Assembly: GCA_964607485.1 (NCBI GenBank)
Contig: CAZSKP010000008.1
Location: forward strand, 64,001-128,000
Source of the DNA: an uncultured bacterium
Lineage (GTDB): Bacteria > Abyssobacteria > SURF-5
Reading direction: 5' to 3'
Length of the DNA: 64,000 nucleotides
Under the pieces are notes generated by a model that was not told the DNA's origin, did no database searches, and worked only from the letters and a program-made list of their open reading frames with translations. A program made the position numbers and the translations under genes. Positions 19,164 through 29,151 of the stretch are shown here, piece by piece (the first letter of the stretch is position 1; each line of letters opens with the position of its first letter).

Positions 19164-20738
19164 ATGCGGTACTGTACCGATGTCATTGAAGAGAGCGCCG
19201 AGCAGAAGCCCGATTCGCTCTTTCTCGTCTTCGAAGATCAAAAGATAACATTCGGCCAGTTCAACCGTAGGATCAATCGTGTCGCCAACGGGCTGGCGAA
19301 GCTCGGCATCGGGGCGAAGTCCGGCGTCAGCATCATGATGCCCAACTCGCCCGAATGGTTGTACGTTTACTTTGCCACGCAGAAGATAGGCGCCTGCGCG
19401 GTTCCCATAAACGTGGGCCTGAAGGCCGACGGACTGGCGTACATCATCGACCATTCCGATTCGAGCGCCATCTGTGTCGGCCACCAGTATAGAGACCAGT
19501 TTGAGAATATCAGGCAGCGGCTGCCGAAGCTCCGCCACGTGATTTACGACACCACCGACGCCCCCGCCGATTTCGAGCTGCCCGAGGGAGCGATGACTCT
19601 CGCCGAGCTCGCACAGGCGGACGGCGAGAACCCGGCCGTGCGGCCCGACCCGGAGGACATCTCGGTTCTCATGTACACCTCGGGCACGACCGGCCTGCCG
19701 AAAGGGGTCGTCATCCGGTACAAGAGCTTCGACCTGGAGATGTTCACGATGTTTTCGCAGATGGTGTACAACGAAAACGATATTCTGTACACCTGCCTGC
19801 CGCTGTTCCACGCAAACGCGCTCGTGCTCACGGTCATGCGCGCCATCGCAGCCGGCGCGAAAGTGGGCCTGAGCCGCCGTTTCAGCGCGAGCAGGTTCTG
19901 GGACGACATCCGGAGATACGAGGCGACCACCTTCAACGCGCTCGGCGCCATGATACCCATTCTCATGAAGCAGCCTCCCCGCCCCGACGACGGCGACAAC
20001 CCCGTGCGGCTGGTCCTGAGCGCGGCGTGCCCCGCGCACCTGTGGGAAGAGTTCGAGAAACGGTTCAACGTGAAAATCTGGGAGGGCTACGGGGCCGTCG
20101 ACGGCGGCGGATTCACGCTGTTCAACATCGGCAACGCGCCCGTGGGCTCGATGGGAAAGCCGCCCGAGGACGCCGTCGCAAAGGTTTTCGATGAGCAGAA
20201 CAACGAGCTTCCGACGGGAGAGGTGGGCGAGCTCGTTTTCAAGATCGACGACATCGAGAGGCGCAAGGTGGAATATTACAAGGACGAGAAAGCCGCGAGC
20301 GGCAAGATTCGCAACGGATGGCTGCACACCGGCGACCTCGTGTACGCCGACGAGGAGGGCAACTTCTATTTTGTGGACCGAAGGACGGATTCGATGCGCC
20401 GGCGGGGCGAGAACATCTCCTCGTACGACGTCGAACAGGTGATAATGAAGCATCCGGCTGTGCTCGAGTGCGCGGCCTACGGTGTGCCGTCCGACCTGGG
20501 CGAGGACGACGTGATGGCGGCCGTCGTGCTGAAGCCGGAGGCGTCGCTCACGCCGAAGGAGTTGGTGGAATTCTGTTCCGACAAGATGGCCGACTTCATG
20601 ATCCCGCGCTACATCGACTTTCGGGCGGAGCTGCCGAAGACGGGCACGCACAGGCTTCAGAAAGTCGAGTTGAAGAAGCAGGGTGTCACACCGACGACGT
20701 GGGACAGGGAAAAGGAGATGTCCAAGAGGAAGAAGTAG
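19164..20738 (+). CDS. Acyl-CoA ligase (CaiC/crotonobetaine-CoA ligase-like)
   Basis: YTSGTTGLPKG, LPLFHANA, GWLHTGD, RRRGENISS. Confidence 0.9.
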   Translation: MRYCTDVIEESAEQKPDSLFLVFEDQKITFGQFNRRINRVANGLAKLGIGAKSGVSIMMPNSPEWLYVYFATQKIGACAVPINVGLKADGLAYIIDHSDSSAICVGHQYRDQFENIRQRLPKLRHVIYDTTDAPADFELPEGAMTLAELAQADGENPAVRPDPEDISVLMYTSGTTGLPKGVVIRYKSFDLEMFTMFSQMVYNENDILYTCLPLFHANALVLTVMRAIAAGAKVGLSRRFSASRFWDDIRRYEATTFNALGAMIPILMKQPPRPDDGDNPVRLVLSAACPAHLWEEFEKRFNVKIWEGYGAVDGGGFTLFNIGNAPVGSMGKPPEDAVAKVFDEQNNELPTGEVGELVFKIDDIERRKVEYYKDEKAASGKIRNGWLHTGDLVYADEEGNFYFVDRRTDSMRRRGENISSYDVEQVIMKHPAVLECAAYGVPSDLGEDDVMAAVVLKPEASLTPKELVEFCSDKMADFMIPRYIDFRAELPKTGTHRLQKVELKKQGVTPTTWDREKEMSKRKK

Positions 20739-20756
20739 GCGGAACGCGCGGAGCAG

Positions 20757-20987
20757 ATACTACCGGGAACATGAGATACATCACATTCTTGTCATCCTGA
20801 ACGAAGGGTCTCGGACCCGTGGGCCGCGGGCCCGAGTGAAGGATCTCATGTTTAGACTGAACGCACGAGATTCTTCGGTCGCTTCGCTCCCTCAGAATGA
20901 CAATGAGGGGCTCAGAATAACAGTGAGTAGCTCAGAATGGCAATGGAAGGCTCAGAATGACAACTACTAGCTGCTCCGAGTGGTAAG
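20757..20987 (+). repeat. Composite REP/MITE-like element, copy 1
   Basis: GTCATCCTGAACGAAG...CTCAGAATGAC palindrome plus four 20-bp units; second copy at 23515-23754. Confidence 0.85.
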
Positions 20988-21047
20988 AAGTTCAATGGGG
21001 CGTTGAACATCGCGCTTGAATCGGGTGAATGAAAGGAGTCACATCCC

Positions 21048-23504
21048 ATGAGAAAGGCTTTCTGTGTGGCGTTCTTTGCGATTGCTTTGTCGCTCCCATG
21101 CGTGCGCAGTGCCGCGGCGGAAGAGACGCCCGGCCTGCAGAAGTCGTTCGGAGGCCTGAAGGGAAATGTCGAGGTTGTCATAGACAAGCACGGATTTCCC
21201 CACATTTACGCCGAGAGCGAGGCCGACGCCATGTTTGCGCTCGGGTACATGCACGCCAGGGATCGGTTGTGGCAGATGGATTTCAACCGTCGCGCCGCAG
21301 AGGGAAGGCTGTCGGAAATCATGGGACCGGATGCGCTCGACCACGACGTCTTCGTCCGTACCATCGGGCTCAATCGACTCGCGCGGCTGTCTGCAAAACG
21401 AGCGCAAAATGATCCCAAGCTGTACGCGAACATGACCGCTTACGCGTGGGGCGTGAACTCCTTCATCGCCGAAAAGATGCCGGACCACCTTCCTGTCGAG
21501 TTTCAGCGGCTCGGTTACCAGCCGGAGCCGTGGACGCCGGCAGATTCGGTTGCAATCGGCAAGGCGATGGCGTGGGAGCTGTGCGGCAGCCTCGACGACC
21601 TGTACATGGGAACGCTTGTCCAAAAGCTCGGCTGGGAGACGGTCAGCCAGCTCTTCCCCGTTGACCGTTACAAAGAGATACCCATCATCCCCTCGGAAAA
21701 GTCAAGCGCCCAATCAGAGAGCGGGGGAGAGGCAACGATGAAGTCTTCGGCCGAAACCGGCGAGGGCGGCCTCGGTGACGCGTGCCTGAGCATCATCCGG
21801 ATGGCGTCGCATCGGTTCCGGATGCTTGGCGACTACGACAATATCGGGAGCAACAACTGGGTGATAGACGGAACAAAGTCGGCGAGCGACAAGCCGATCC
21901 TGGCTTCCGACCCCCACCTCGGCTTCAACATGCCGTGCGTCTGGTACGTCGCTCACGTGAAGGGCGGCAACCTCGACGCCATCGGCGTTTCGCTGCCCGG
22001 CGTGCCCATGATAGTGATAGGGCACAATCAGCACATTGCATGGGGAATGACCAACACGCAGGCCGACGTGACCGACTTTTACGTCGAGACATTGAACGAG
22101 GAGAAGACCCAGTATCTGCACGAGGGCGAATGGAAGCCCCTCGAAGTCTTCAACGAAACGATAAAGGTGCTCGGACGAGACCCGGTCGAGCTGAAAGTTG
22201 CGGCGACGGCGCACGGACCAATCCTCTCCACGCCCCAAGCCGAATTGGCGATACAGTGGATAGGCGCGGAGCCGGACGACGACGCGCTCGCCTTCAGCCT
22301 GCTCAATCGCGCCACCGATTACGACGACTTCGCCACCGCCATGCAAACCCTGAACGCGCCCCCGCAGAATTTCGACTACGCCGACTCGAACGGGATGATA
22401 GCCATGTGGGTGGCCGGTCTCTTTCCCGTTCGCAAGGCGGGATTCGGCCGCGTTCCCGTGGACGGCGCCTCGGGAAAGTACGACTGGACGGGGTTTATCC
22501 CCCGGATAGACACGCCGCACAGCGTCAACCCCGCGCAGCACTACCTCGCATCGGCCAACCAGCGTCCGGCGCCGAAGGACTATCCGTATTATCTCGGCTA
22601 CGAGTGGGACCCCGGCTACAGGGCGCGCCGGATAAATCGGCTGCTTTCCTCGAACGATTCGATCACGGCGGACATGATGAAAAGCTTTCAGGCCGACACG
22701 TACGATATGGCCGCCGAATCCATGCTCCCACACCTGATAGCCGCGTGCAAAGACGAGTTCGAGAAAGACAAACCTTACGCGAATGCTCTCGACACACTGT
22801 CGAAGTGGGATTTTCTGACCACTATCGACAAAGCCGCTCCGACAATCTGGTGGAAGTGGCTCGACAAGTTCCGCAACGCGGTGTGGGAGGACGAATGGCA
22901 GGCGGCGGGAATCGAGCTGCCAAATGACTCGTGGGGTTTCACCGATTTGAACAAGTGGCAGCCGCCGCTGGAGGTTCTCGAACGGATGGTGGTGGAAGAG
23001 CCCACCTCGAAGTGGTTCGACGACGTGACAACCGAAGAGAGGGAAACGCTGAGGGAAATCGCCACCAGGAGCCTGCGCCAGGCGGTGGATGAGTTGTTGC
23101 AGAATCTTGGCGAGGATATGTCCAAATGGAATTGGGGCAGGGTGAACCGGCTTCGGATCGACCACCTCTCGGGCGACCCGCTCCTCGTTCGCGGGGGTCA
23201 GCCGCTCAACGGAAGCGACCTCACGCTCTGCGCGAGAGGCACGGGGGGTGACGTGACGGGCGGGCCGAGCTGGCGGATGGTCGTCGATTTCAGCGACGTG
23301 GGCGGCGCCGTCGGCGTGTTCCCGGGCGGTCAGAGCGGCGACCCCGAGAGTCCGCACTATGACGACTTGATCGACAAGTGGGTTGCGGACGAGTACGTTC
23401 CTCTCCCGTTCTATTCGACGCCGGAACAGTTTTCCTCGGAGCAGGTCGAGGCTCGGATACATCTCTCACCCTCCTCGGAGGGAGTCGGACTCGTGACGCC
23501 GTGA
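21048..23504 (+). CDS. Penicillin acylase family (peptidase S45, Ntn hydrolase)
   Basis: HGFPHIYA, DRLWQMD, GSNNW nucleophile, DPHL, PGGQSGDP. Confidence 0.95.
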   Translation: MRKAFCVAFFAIALSLPCVRSAAAEETPGLQKSFGGLKGNVEVVIDKHGFPHIYAESEADAMFALGYMHARDRLWQMDFNRRAAEGRLSEIMGPDALDHDVFVRTIGLNRLARLSAKRAQNDPKLYANMTAYAWGVNSFIAEKMPDHLPVEFQRLGYQPEPWTPADSVAIGKAMAWELCGSLDDLYMGTLVQKLGWETVSQLFPVDRYKEIPIIPSEKSSAQSESGGEATMKSSAETGEGGLGDACLSIIRMASHRFRMLGDYDNIGSNNWVIDGTKSASDKPILASDPHLGFNMPCVWYVAHVKGGNLDAIGVSLPGVPMIVIGHNQHIAWGMTNTQADVTDFYVETLNEEKTQYLHEGEWKPLEVFNETIKVLGRDPVELKVAATAHGPILSTPQAELAIQWIGAEPDDDALAFSLLNRATDYDDFATAMQTLNAPPQNFDYADSNGMIAMWVAGLFPVRKAGFGRVPVDGASGKYDWTGFIPRIDTPHSVNPAQHYLASANQRPAPKDYPYYLGYEWDPGYRARRINRLLSSNDSITADMMKSFQADTYDMAAESMLPHLIAACKDEFEKDKPYANALDTLSKWDFLTTIDKAAPTIWWKWLDKFRNAVWEDEWQAAGIELPNDSWGFTDLNKWQPPLEVLERMVVEEPTSKWFDDVTTEERETLREIATRSLRQAVDELLQNLGEDMSKWNWGRVNRLRIDHLSGDPLLVRGGQPLNGSDLTLCARGTGGDVTGGPSWRMVVDFSDVGGAVGVFPGGQSGDPESPHYDDLIDKWVADEYVPLPFYSTPEQFSSEQVEARIHLSPSSEGVGLVTP

Positions 23505-23514
23505 CAGCCGCCTC

Positions 23515-23754
23515 ATACTACGAGGAGCATGAGATACATCACATTTTTGTCATCCTGAACGAAGGGCTCGGACCCGTGGGCCGCAAGCCCGAGCGAAGGA
23601 TCTCATGTTTGGTCTGAACCCGTGATATTTTTCGAGATTCTTCGGTCGCTTCGCTCCCTCAGAATGACAAAGAGGGGCTCCGAATAACAGTGAGTAGCTC
23701 AGAATGGCAATGAAAGGCTCAGAACGACAACCATCAACTGCTCCGAGTGGTAAG
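23515..23754 (+). repeat. Composite REP/MITE-like element, copy 2
   Basis: Closely similar direct repeat of 20757-20987. Confidence 0.85.
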
Positions 23755-23775
23755 TGAAAGGCGCTCAGGTAGCCT

Positions 23776-24345
23776 ATGCTGATAGAAATGTTGATGGTGG
23801 TGGCGATCATCGCGCTGTTGCTCGTCGGACCTTCGTTCGAGAATGTGTGGCTGGCGGTAGCGATCTACGGCGGAGTCATAGGAGGGATGGTTCTGATATG
23901 GTGGTTTTCGTCCCGGCTCTCGGGCGGAGTCGCCGGGTTCTTATCGGGCACCTCGGGCGGCGGAAAGGTGAAGCAGACGTACAGCCTGGCCGAAAAATAT
24001 GAGGTCGAGCACAAGTACAAGGCCGCGATAGAGCTTTACAAGCAAGCGTTCAAGAAAGACAGGAAGAACCCCGCCCCCAGGAAGAAGCTGGCCAACCTCT
24101 ACTACAAGCTGCGAGATTACGACAATTGTCTTAAGTACATGCACGAGGCGCTGAGCATGCCGGGAGAGATGTCCGAGACTGAACGCTGCGACCTGATGAA
24201 CCGCATCGCCGACGTGTATCTGCAATTCAAACACGATCGCGCCTCGGCGGTGGCGATTCTTAAGCGCATCATCAACGAGTTCCCCCAGAGCAAGTACGCC
24301 GTTTATGCGCGCGACCGCATCGTGCAGATAAAGCAAGACGCCTGA
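23776..24345 (+). CDS. Membrane-anchored TPR protein
   Basis: Two N-terminal TM helices; TPR-like repeats ending IINEFPQSKYA. Confidence 0.75.
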   Translation: MLIEMLMVVAIIALLLVGPSFENVWLAVAIYGGVIGGMVLIWWFSSRLSGGVAGFLSGTSGGGKVKQTYSLAEKYEVEHKYKAAIELYKQAFKKDRKNPAPRKKLANLYYKLRDYDNCLKYMHEALSMPGEMSETERCDLMNRIADVYLQFKHDRASAVAILKRIINEFPQSKYAVYARDRIVQIKQDA

Positions 24346-24399
24346 TGGCCGGGGCTTATGCGCCTCGCTCGCTTGCGACCTTCGAGCCGCCCGCCCGCT

Positions 24400-24428
24400 T
24401 TGACATAGCACCCTCTTTCTGGTAGAAT
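24400..24428 (+). promoter_or_regulatory. sigma70-type promoter of bamD-lptE-holA
   Basis: TTGACA-17 nt-TAGAAT. Confidence 0.7.
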
Positions 24429-24473
24429 ACGGCTTCAAACGGGAAAGAAGTGTAATGTGGAGGAGTTTGAGCG

Positions 24474-25433
24474 ATGTCCACAAGAGCCCGATTGCTGTCC
24501 GCATCTGTCATGGGCGCGCTGTTGCTCGCGCTGATGTGCGCCGGCGCTGATGCGGCATTGATATGGACCCCGCAGACCGGCCGCTGGATCGACCCCAGAC
24601 GTCAGCCGAAGGAGACGCCTGCGCTTCAATTCCAGTATGCCGAGAAATTGCTGGCGGATGGAGACACGGAGAAGGCGATCAACGAGTACAAGAAAGTCCT
24701 GCGCTATTTCCCCGAGAGCAACTACTGCGACCTCGCCCAATACTCGATCGGCAGGGCGCTTGAGGCGCAGGGCGACTACGAAGAGGCCGTCAAGGAGTAC
24801 CAGAAGGTCATCGACGACTATCCCAACACACAGCTGTTCAGCCACGTTCTGGAGAAGCAGCGAAAGATCGCCGACCATTACTTCGACCTGGGCGTCCAGC
24901 GCGAGGAACGCTTCGCCCTGTTCAGGGGCAGCAACTTCGATAAGGCGATCGAGACGTATCGGAAGGTCATCGACAACCAGCCGTTCACCGAGCTTTCGGC
25001 CGAGGCGCAGTACCGTATCGGTCTCTGCTACACGAAGCTCGAGCTGTACGACGAGGCGAGCGCCGAGTATCAGAAGGTCATCGACTTCTATCCCGCCTCC
25101 AATTGGACGATGGAGTCCGCGTTCGGATGCGCCGAATGCAAGTTCTTCCAGGCGCTTCCCTGTGAGTACGACAAGACGGCCGCCGAGCAGGCGATAGAGA
25201 AGTTTAGCTATTTCCTCAAGGCGTATCCCCAAAGCCCGCGGGCGGAGGAAGCGCGCAAAAAGCTCAAACAGGTTCAGGAAACCGCGGCCGAGCACGAATA
25301 CCAGATCGGCATGTTCTATCACCATAATATGAAGTTCGACTCGGCTCGCCTGTACTTGGATTCCGTCGTGCGCGATTATCCGGAGACACAATGCGCAAGC
25401 AAGGCTCGCGAAACGCTCAGCGCAATGCCGTGA
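24474..25433 (+). CDS. bamD: Outer membrane protein assembly factor BamD-like TPR protein
   Basis: TPR repeats, YDKTAAEQAIEKF..YPQS..AEHEYQIGMFY; upstream of lptE-holA. Confidence 0.85.
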   Translation: MSTRARLLSASVMGALLLALMCAGADAALIWTPQTGRWIDPRRQPKETPALQFQYAEKLLADGDTEKAINEYKKVLRYFPESNYCDLAQYSIGRALEAQGDYEEAVKEYQKVIDDYPNTQLFSHVLEKQRKIADHYFDLGVQREERFALFRGSNFDKAIETYRKVIDNQPFTELSAEAQYRIGLCYTKLELYDEASAEYQKVIDFYPASNWTMESAFGCAECKFFQALPCEYDKTAAEQAIEKFSYFLKAYPQSPRAEEARKKLKQVQETAAEHEYQIGMFYHHNMKFDSARLYLDSVVRDYPETQCASKARETLSAMP

Positions 25434-25933
25434 GGCCGGTTGGAAGGTGGTGGGCCGCTCTCTGCGTCTGCCTGACGGTCTTCGGCTGCGGCTACTCCGT
25501 CGCGAACACCAGGCTCTCGGACGACTATCGAACCATCGCGATTCCCGCATTCAAGAACGAGAGCTTCGAGCAGGAAGTCCAGATACGCGTCACCAACCTG
25601 CTGATTCGCGAGATGGAAGCCGATGGGCGGCTTCGCGTCGTTGACGACCCGGGCTCCGCCGACCTGGTGCTGAGGGGGGCCATAACCGGCTTCGAAGCGC
25701 ACGCGATAAGCTTCAGCACGGACGACAACATCGGCCAGTTCAAGATAACCCTCGTGGCGAGGGCGACTCTCGAAGACACAAAGACCGGCCGGGTGATATG
25801 GCAGGATGACAATCTGAGAGGGTCGGATTTTTACGAGACGCTCGGCGGACGCACGCGAGCGGAAGGACTGGACGAGGCGGTGGAAAACCTCGTCGAGACG
25901 CTGATATACGAGTGCTTCGACAGTTACTGGTGA
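25430..25933 (+). CDS. lptE: LPS assembly lipoprotein LptE family
   Basis: Lipobox VFGC-GY, TIAIPAFKNES, ADLVLRGAI; between bamD and holA. Confidence 0.8.
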   Translation: MRPVGRWWAALCVCLTVFGCGYSVANTRLSDDYRTIAIPAFKNESFEQEVQIRVTNLLIREMEADGRLRVVDDPGSADLVLRGAITGFEAHAISFSTDDNIGQFKITLVARATLEDTKTGRVIWQDDNLRGSDFYETLGGRTRAEGLDEAVENLVETLIYECFDSYW

Positions 25934-25991
25934 ACGTGCCGCGTCGCGCCGAAGCTGCCGACTGATGACCTCGACCCGCACCGTCTTCTGA

Positions 25992-26999
25992 ATGACAACA
26001 TACGCCGAGCTCAAAAAGAAACTCCGAAGCGACAACCTCTCACGGCTTTACCTGCTTCTCGGTCCGGAGGAGTATCTTGCGCGCCGACTGACCTCCCGGA
26101 TAATCGAGCTCGCGCTCGGGGACGGGCTGAAAGACTTCAACTTCGCCGAGCTCGACGCCTCCGCGACGGGAGCCCCCGCTCTTCTTCAGGAACTCAACTC
26201 GTACCCGCTGGGCGCATCGAGGCGCGTAGTGCTCATTCGCCAAGTCGTGTCGCTGGCGGACTCGACGCAGGAGGCGCTTCAGACCTCGCTGGCCGACCTG
26301 CCCGACTTCCTCACACTTATCCTCACCGCCGACCGGATGGACAAGCGCAAGACGCTTTACAAGGCGATTGCGAAAGAGGGTGTCGTCGTCGAGCTCAAGC
26401 CGCTGCGGCCGGCCGAGGTGAAGGCGTGGATTCGCGAAGCGCTCCGGGAGCGGGGCAAGCAGATATCTCCCAAGCTCACCGAAAGCATTTTCGAGCTGAC
26501 GGGCGCCGACCTCTCCGATGTTTCCAACGAGGTGAACAACCTTCTGGAATATCTTGGTGAGAGGGAAAAGGTGACGCAGGCCGACGTGGATGCGCTCGTC
26601 ACCTCGAGGCGCAAGGAACCCATTTACAGGCTGACCGAGCACGTCGCCGACAAGGACCTCATCGGCGCGTGGGCCGTTTTGCGACAGATGCTGGCCGAGG
26701 GGGAGCAGGAACTCCGGATTCTGTGGCATCTCGACTTTACGATGAAGAGGATGCTGCGCGCGAAGTGTTTGCTGGAGGATGGAATGGGGGAGGACGCGGT
26801 CGCCGAGGCATTGCAGATACGGCCGTTCCTCAAGTCGCGCTTCCTCCAGCAGGTGCGTTCCTTCTCGCTGGACGAGCTGAAGGCGAAGTACCACACGATT
26901 GTGGAGTGGGACAACAAGTTCAAGTCCACTTCACGCTGGCATCCGGATATCGACCTGGACCTGCTGGTGAGGGAGCTGTGCGCTACGCGAGAGCGTTGA
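25992..26999 (+). CDS. holA: DNA polymerase III delta subunit
   Basis: LYLLLGPEEYL, FNFAELD, RRVVLI, DKRKTLYK; next to rpsT. Confidence 0.9.
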   Translation: MTTYAELKKKLRSDNLSRLYLLLGPEEYLARRLTSRIIELALGDGLKDFNFAELDASATGAPALLQELNSYPLGASRRVVLIRQVVSLADSTQEALQTSLADLPDFLTLILTADRMDKRKTLYKAIAKEGVVVELKPLRPAEVKAWIREALRERGKQISPKLTESIFELTGADLSDVSNEVNNLLEYLGEREKVTQADVDALVTSRRKEPIYRLTEHVADKDLIGAWAVLRQMLAEGEQELRILWHLDFTMKRMLRAKCLLEDGMGEDAVAEALQIRPFLKSRFLQQVRSFSLDELKAKYHTIVEWDNKFKSTSRWHPDIDLDLLVRELCATRER

Positions 27000-27246
27000 C
27001 GCGCCGTGTCAGCGAGGATTTTTTCCGCGAAGCCGAGTTCTTGCTGAGAGCTTTTTGGGAAGCGGCCTTGTCGATGGCGGCGGCAACGGTGGGGAGAAGT
27101 TTCCGCGCGCCGTCGGAATCGTTCTGTTCTATTGCGGTCTCAAGCCTCTTTATCGCCGTCTTGTATTTCGAGATGTTCCCGCGATTGCGGAGCCGATGCC
27201 GCTCGTTCTGGCGAATACGCTTGAGGACTGACTTGCTTTTTTTCAC
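26983..27246 (-). CDS. rpsT: 30S ribosomal protein S20
   Basis: KSVLKRIRQNERHRLRN..IDKAASQ..KNSASRKKS; RBS GGAGGT; overlaps holA 3' end by 17 nt. Confidence 0.95.
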   Translation of the reverse strand: MKKSKSVLKRIRQNERHRLRNRGNISKYKTAIKRLETAIEQNDSDGARKLLPTVAAAIDKAASQKALSKNSASRKKSSLTRRVNALA

Positions 27247-27371
27247 GAACCTGAATTCACCTCCCGGTTGCGCCGTATTGGAACCACATGGTAGCAGATT
27301 CCGCTCCGAAAGTCAACAGGGCCCGAGTGAACGCGCCCGTTCCGGTCGCCCAGCGCGACCGCACGTGAGCC

Positions 27372-28952
27372 ATGCCAGAACAACCGCCTGCCGGACATAG
27401 CATCGCCCGCTCTGCGGCGCTGATAGGTTCGGGCACGATGCTCAGCCGCGTGTTCGGGCTCGTCCGCGACATGGTCATCGCCTACCTGTACCCGAAGGCG
27501 GTCAGCGACGCCTTCTTCGTCGCGTTTCGGCTTCCGAACATGCTCCGCGAGATGCTGGCCGAGGGGGCGATGAACGCCGGTTTCATACCCGTGTTCTCCG
27601 ACTACATGGCCACGCGCCCGCGCGAGGAGGCGGAGGAACTGGTGGCGGTAGCGATCGGCGCCATGGCCGCCGTGCTGATGTCGGTCTCGGCGCTCGGGGT
27701 CATTTTCGCGCCGGCCATCGTGCGCTTTATCACGCTCGAATTCGGGCCGCCGAACGACAAGCTGCTGCTGGCGATTCGTCTCGCGAGGCTCCTTTTCCCC
27801 TATATCCTCCTCATCGGCATGGCCTCGCTGTTGATGGCGATTCTGAATTCGCTCCACCGCTTCTTCTCGTCCGCCTACGCGCCGATGCTGCTGAACGTTT
27901 CAATGATCGCCTGCGCGTATCTCTTCCGGCACAGTTTCAGGGAGCCGATATTCGGGCTGGCGGTCGGAGTGGTCGTGGGCGGAGTGCTCCAGATTCTCCT
28001 GCAGATTCCGTTCATTCGGAGGGTGAAAATTCCGCTGCGGGCCGCGTGGAACTTCAGGCACCCGGGGCTGCATCGCATATTCCTGCTGCTTCTGCCCACG
28101 TTCTTCGGCCAGGCGGTGCGCGAGGTGAACATCATCGTCGATACCATGCTGGCATGGTATCTCGGCGAGGGGATGGTCTCCGCGCTTTACTACGCTTACA
28201 GGATCGTGCACCTGCCGCTGGCGGTGTTCGGGCTGGCCATCGCCACGGCCATTTTGCCGACGATGTCGCGCGCATCGAGCACGGGCGACATCGGCGAGCT
28301 CAAGCGAACCCTGTCGCTCGGCCTGAGGTCGGTGTTTTTCATCATGCTGCCGGCGACGGTGGGGCTGATAGTGCTGCGGGTGCCCATCGTGAGGCTCCTG
28401 TTCGAGCATGGGCGGTTCGACGCCGTCGCGACCGACAACACGGCGTTCGCGCTGCTGTTTTATTCGTTCGGCCTCTTCGCCTTCGCGGGCGCCAAGGTGC
28501 TCGCCTTTGCCTTCTACTCGATGAAGGAGACGAAGCTTCCCGTCATGGTCGCGGTGGTTGCGATGGTCTCGAATGTCGTTCTCAACCTGCTGCTCATGAT
28601 TCCGCTGAGGCAGGGCGGGCTGGCGCTGGCGTCGTCCATCTCCTCGACGATCAACATGGTCGTGCTGTGGATGTTCCTCGAAAGGAGAATCGGCGGCCTC
28701 GACGTGCGGACGATAGCGGCGGCCATGGCGAAGATATGCTGCCTGTCGCTGGCGATGGGCGTGTGCGTGTACGTTCTGGCGCTGGGCTGTGCGGGTGCGA
28801 CGGGCACGGCTACGATATGGGGCAAGCTCGTGCACGTCGTGGTTCCCATACTCGGCGGCACCCTCTTCTACGTGGGATTGGCCCTCGCCCTCAACTTCGA
28901 AGAAGCCGCCCAGCTAAAACACATCTGGACCCGCCGACGGAAAACGACATAG
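27372..28952 (+). CDS. murJ: Lipid II flippase MurJ (MviN)
   Basis: SRVFGLVRD, AFRLPNMLR..AEGA, LPLAVFG, GLALASS. Confidence 0.95.
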   Translation: MPEQPPAGHSIARSAALIGSGTMLSRVFGLVRDMVIAYLYPKAVSDAFFVAFRLPNMLREMLAEGAMNAGFIPVFSDYMATRPREEAEELVAVAIGAMAAVLMSVSALGVIFAPAIVRFITLEFGPPNDKLLLAIRLARLLFPYILLIGMASLLMAILNSLHRFFSSAYAPMLLNVSMIACAYLFRHSFREPIFGLAVGVVVGGVLQILLQIPFIRRVKIPLRAAWNFRHPGLHRIFLLLLPTFFGQAVREVNIIVDTMLAWYLGEGMVSALYYAYRIVHLPLAVFGLAIATAILPTMSRASSTGDIGELKRTLSLGLRSVFFIMLPATVGLIVLRVPIVRLLFEHGRFDAVATDNTAFALLFYSFGLFAFAGAKVLAFAFYSMKETKLPVMVAVVAMVSNVVLNLLLMIPLRQGGLALASSISSTINMVVLWMFLERRIGGLDVRTIAAAMAKICCLSLAMGVCVYVLALGCAGATGTATIWGKLVHVVVPILGGTLFYVGLALALNFEEAAQLKHIWTRRRKTT

Positions 28953-29151
28953 ACGCAGCGCATTAGGTGCATTTCCCCACTTTGCCTATTTCCCCAAATA
29001 GCGTATCTGGCGATGGTGTGTTACATTTTGAGTTAGTGTATCCCGGCATCGGTACGCATGTCGTCTTCCAGGCTGCGAATATTCGAATGCGAGGTTCCCC
29101 GTTTCCAGCAAGAGAGACCGCTCCGGACATTCATAAGGAGAAAGTGTCGCC

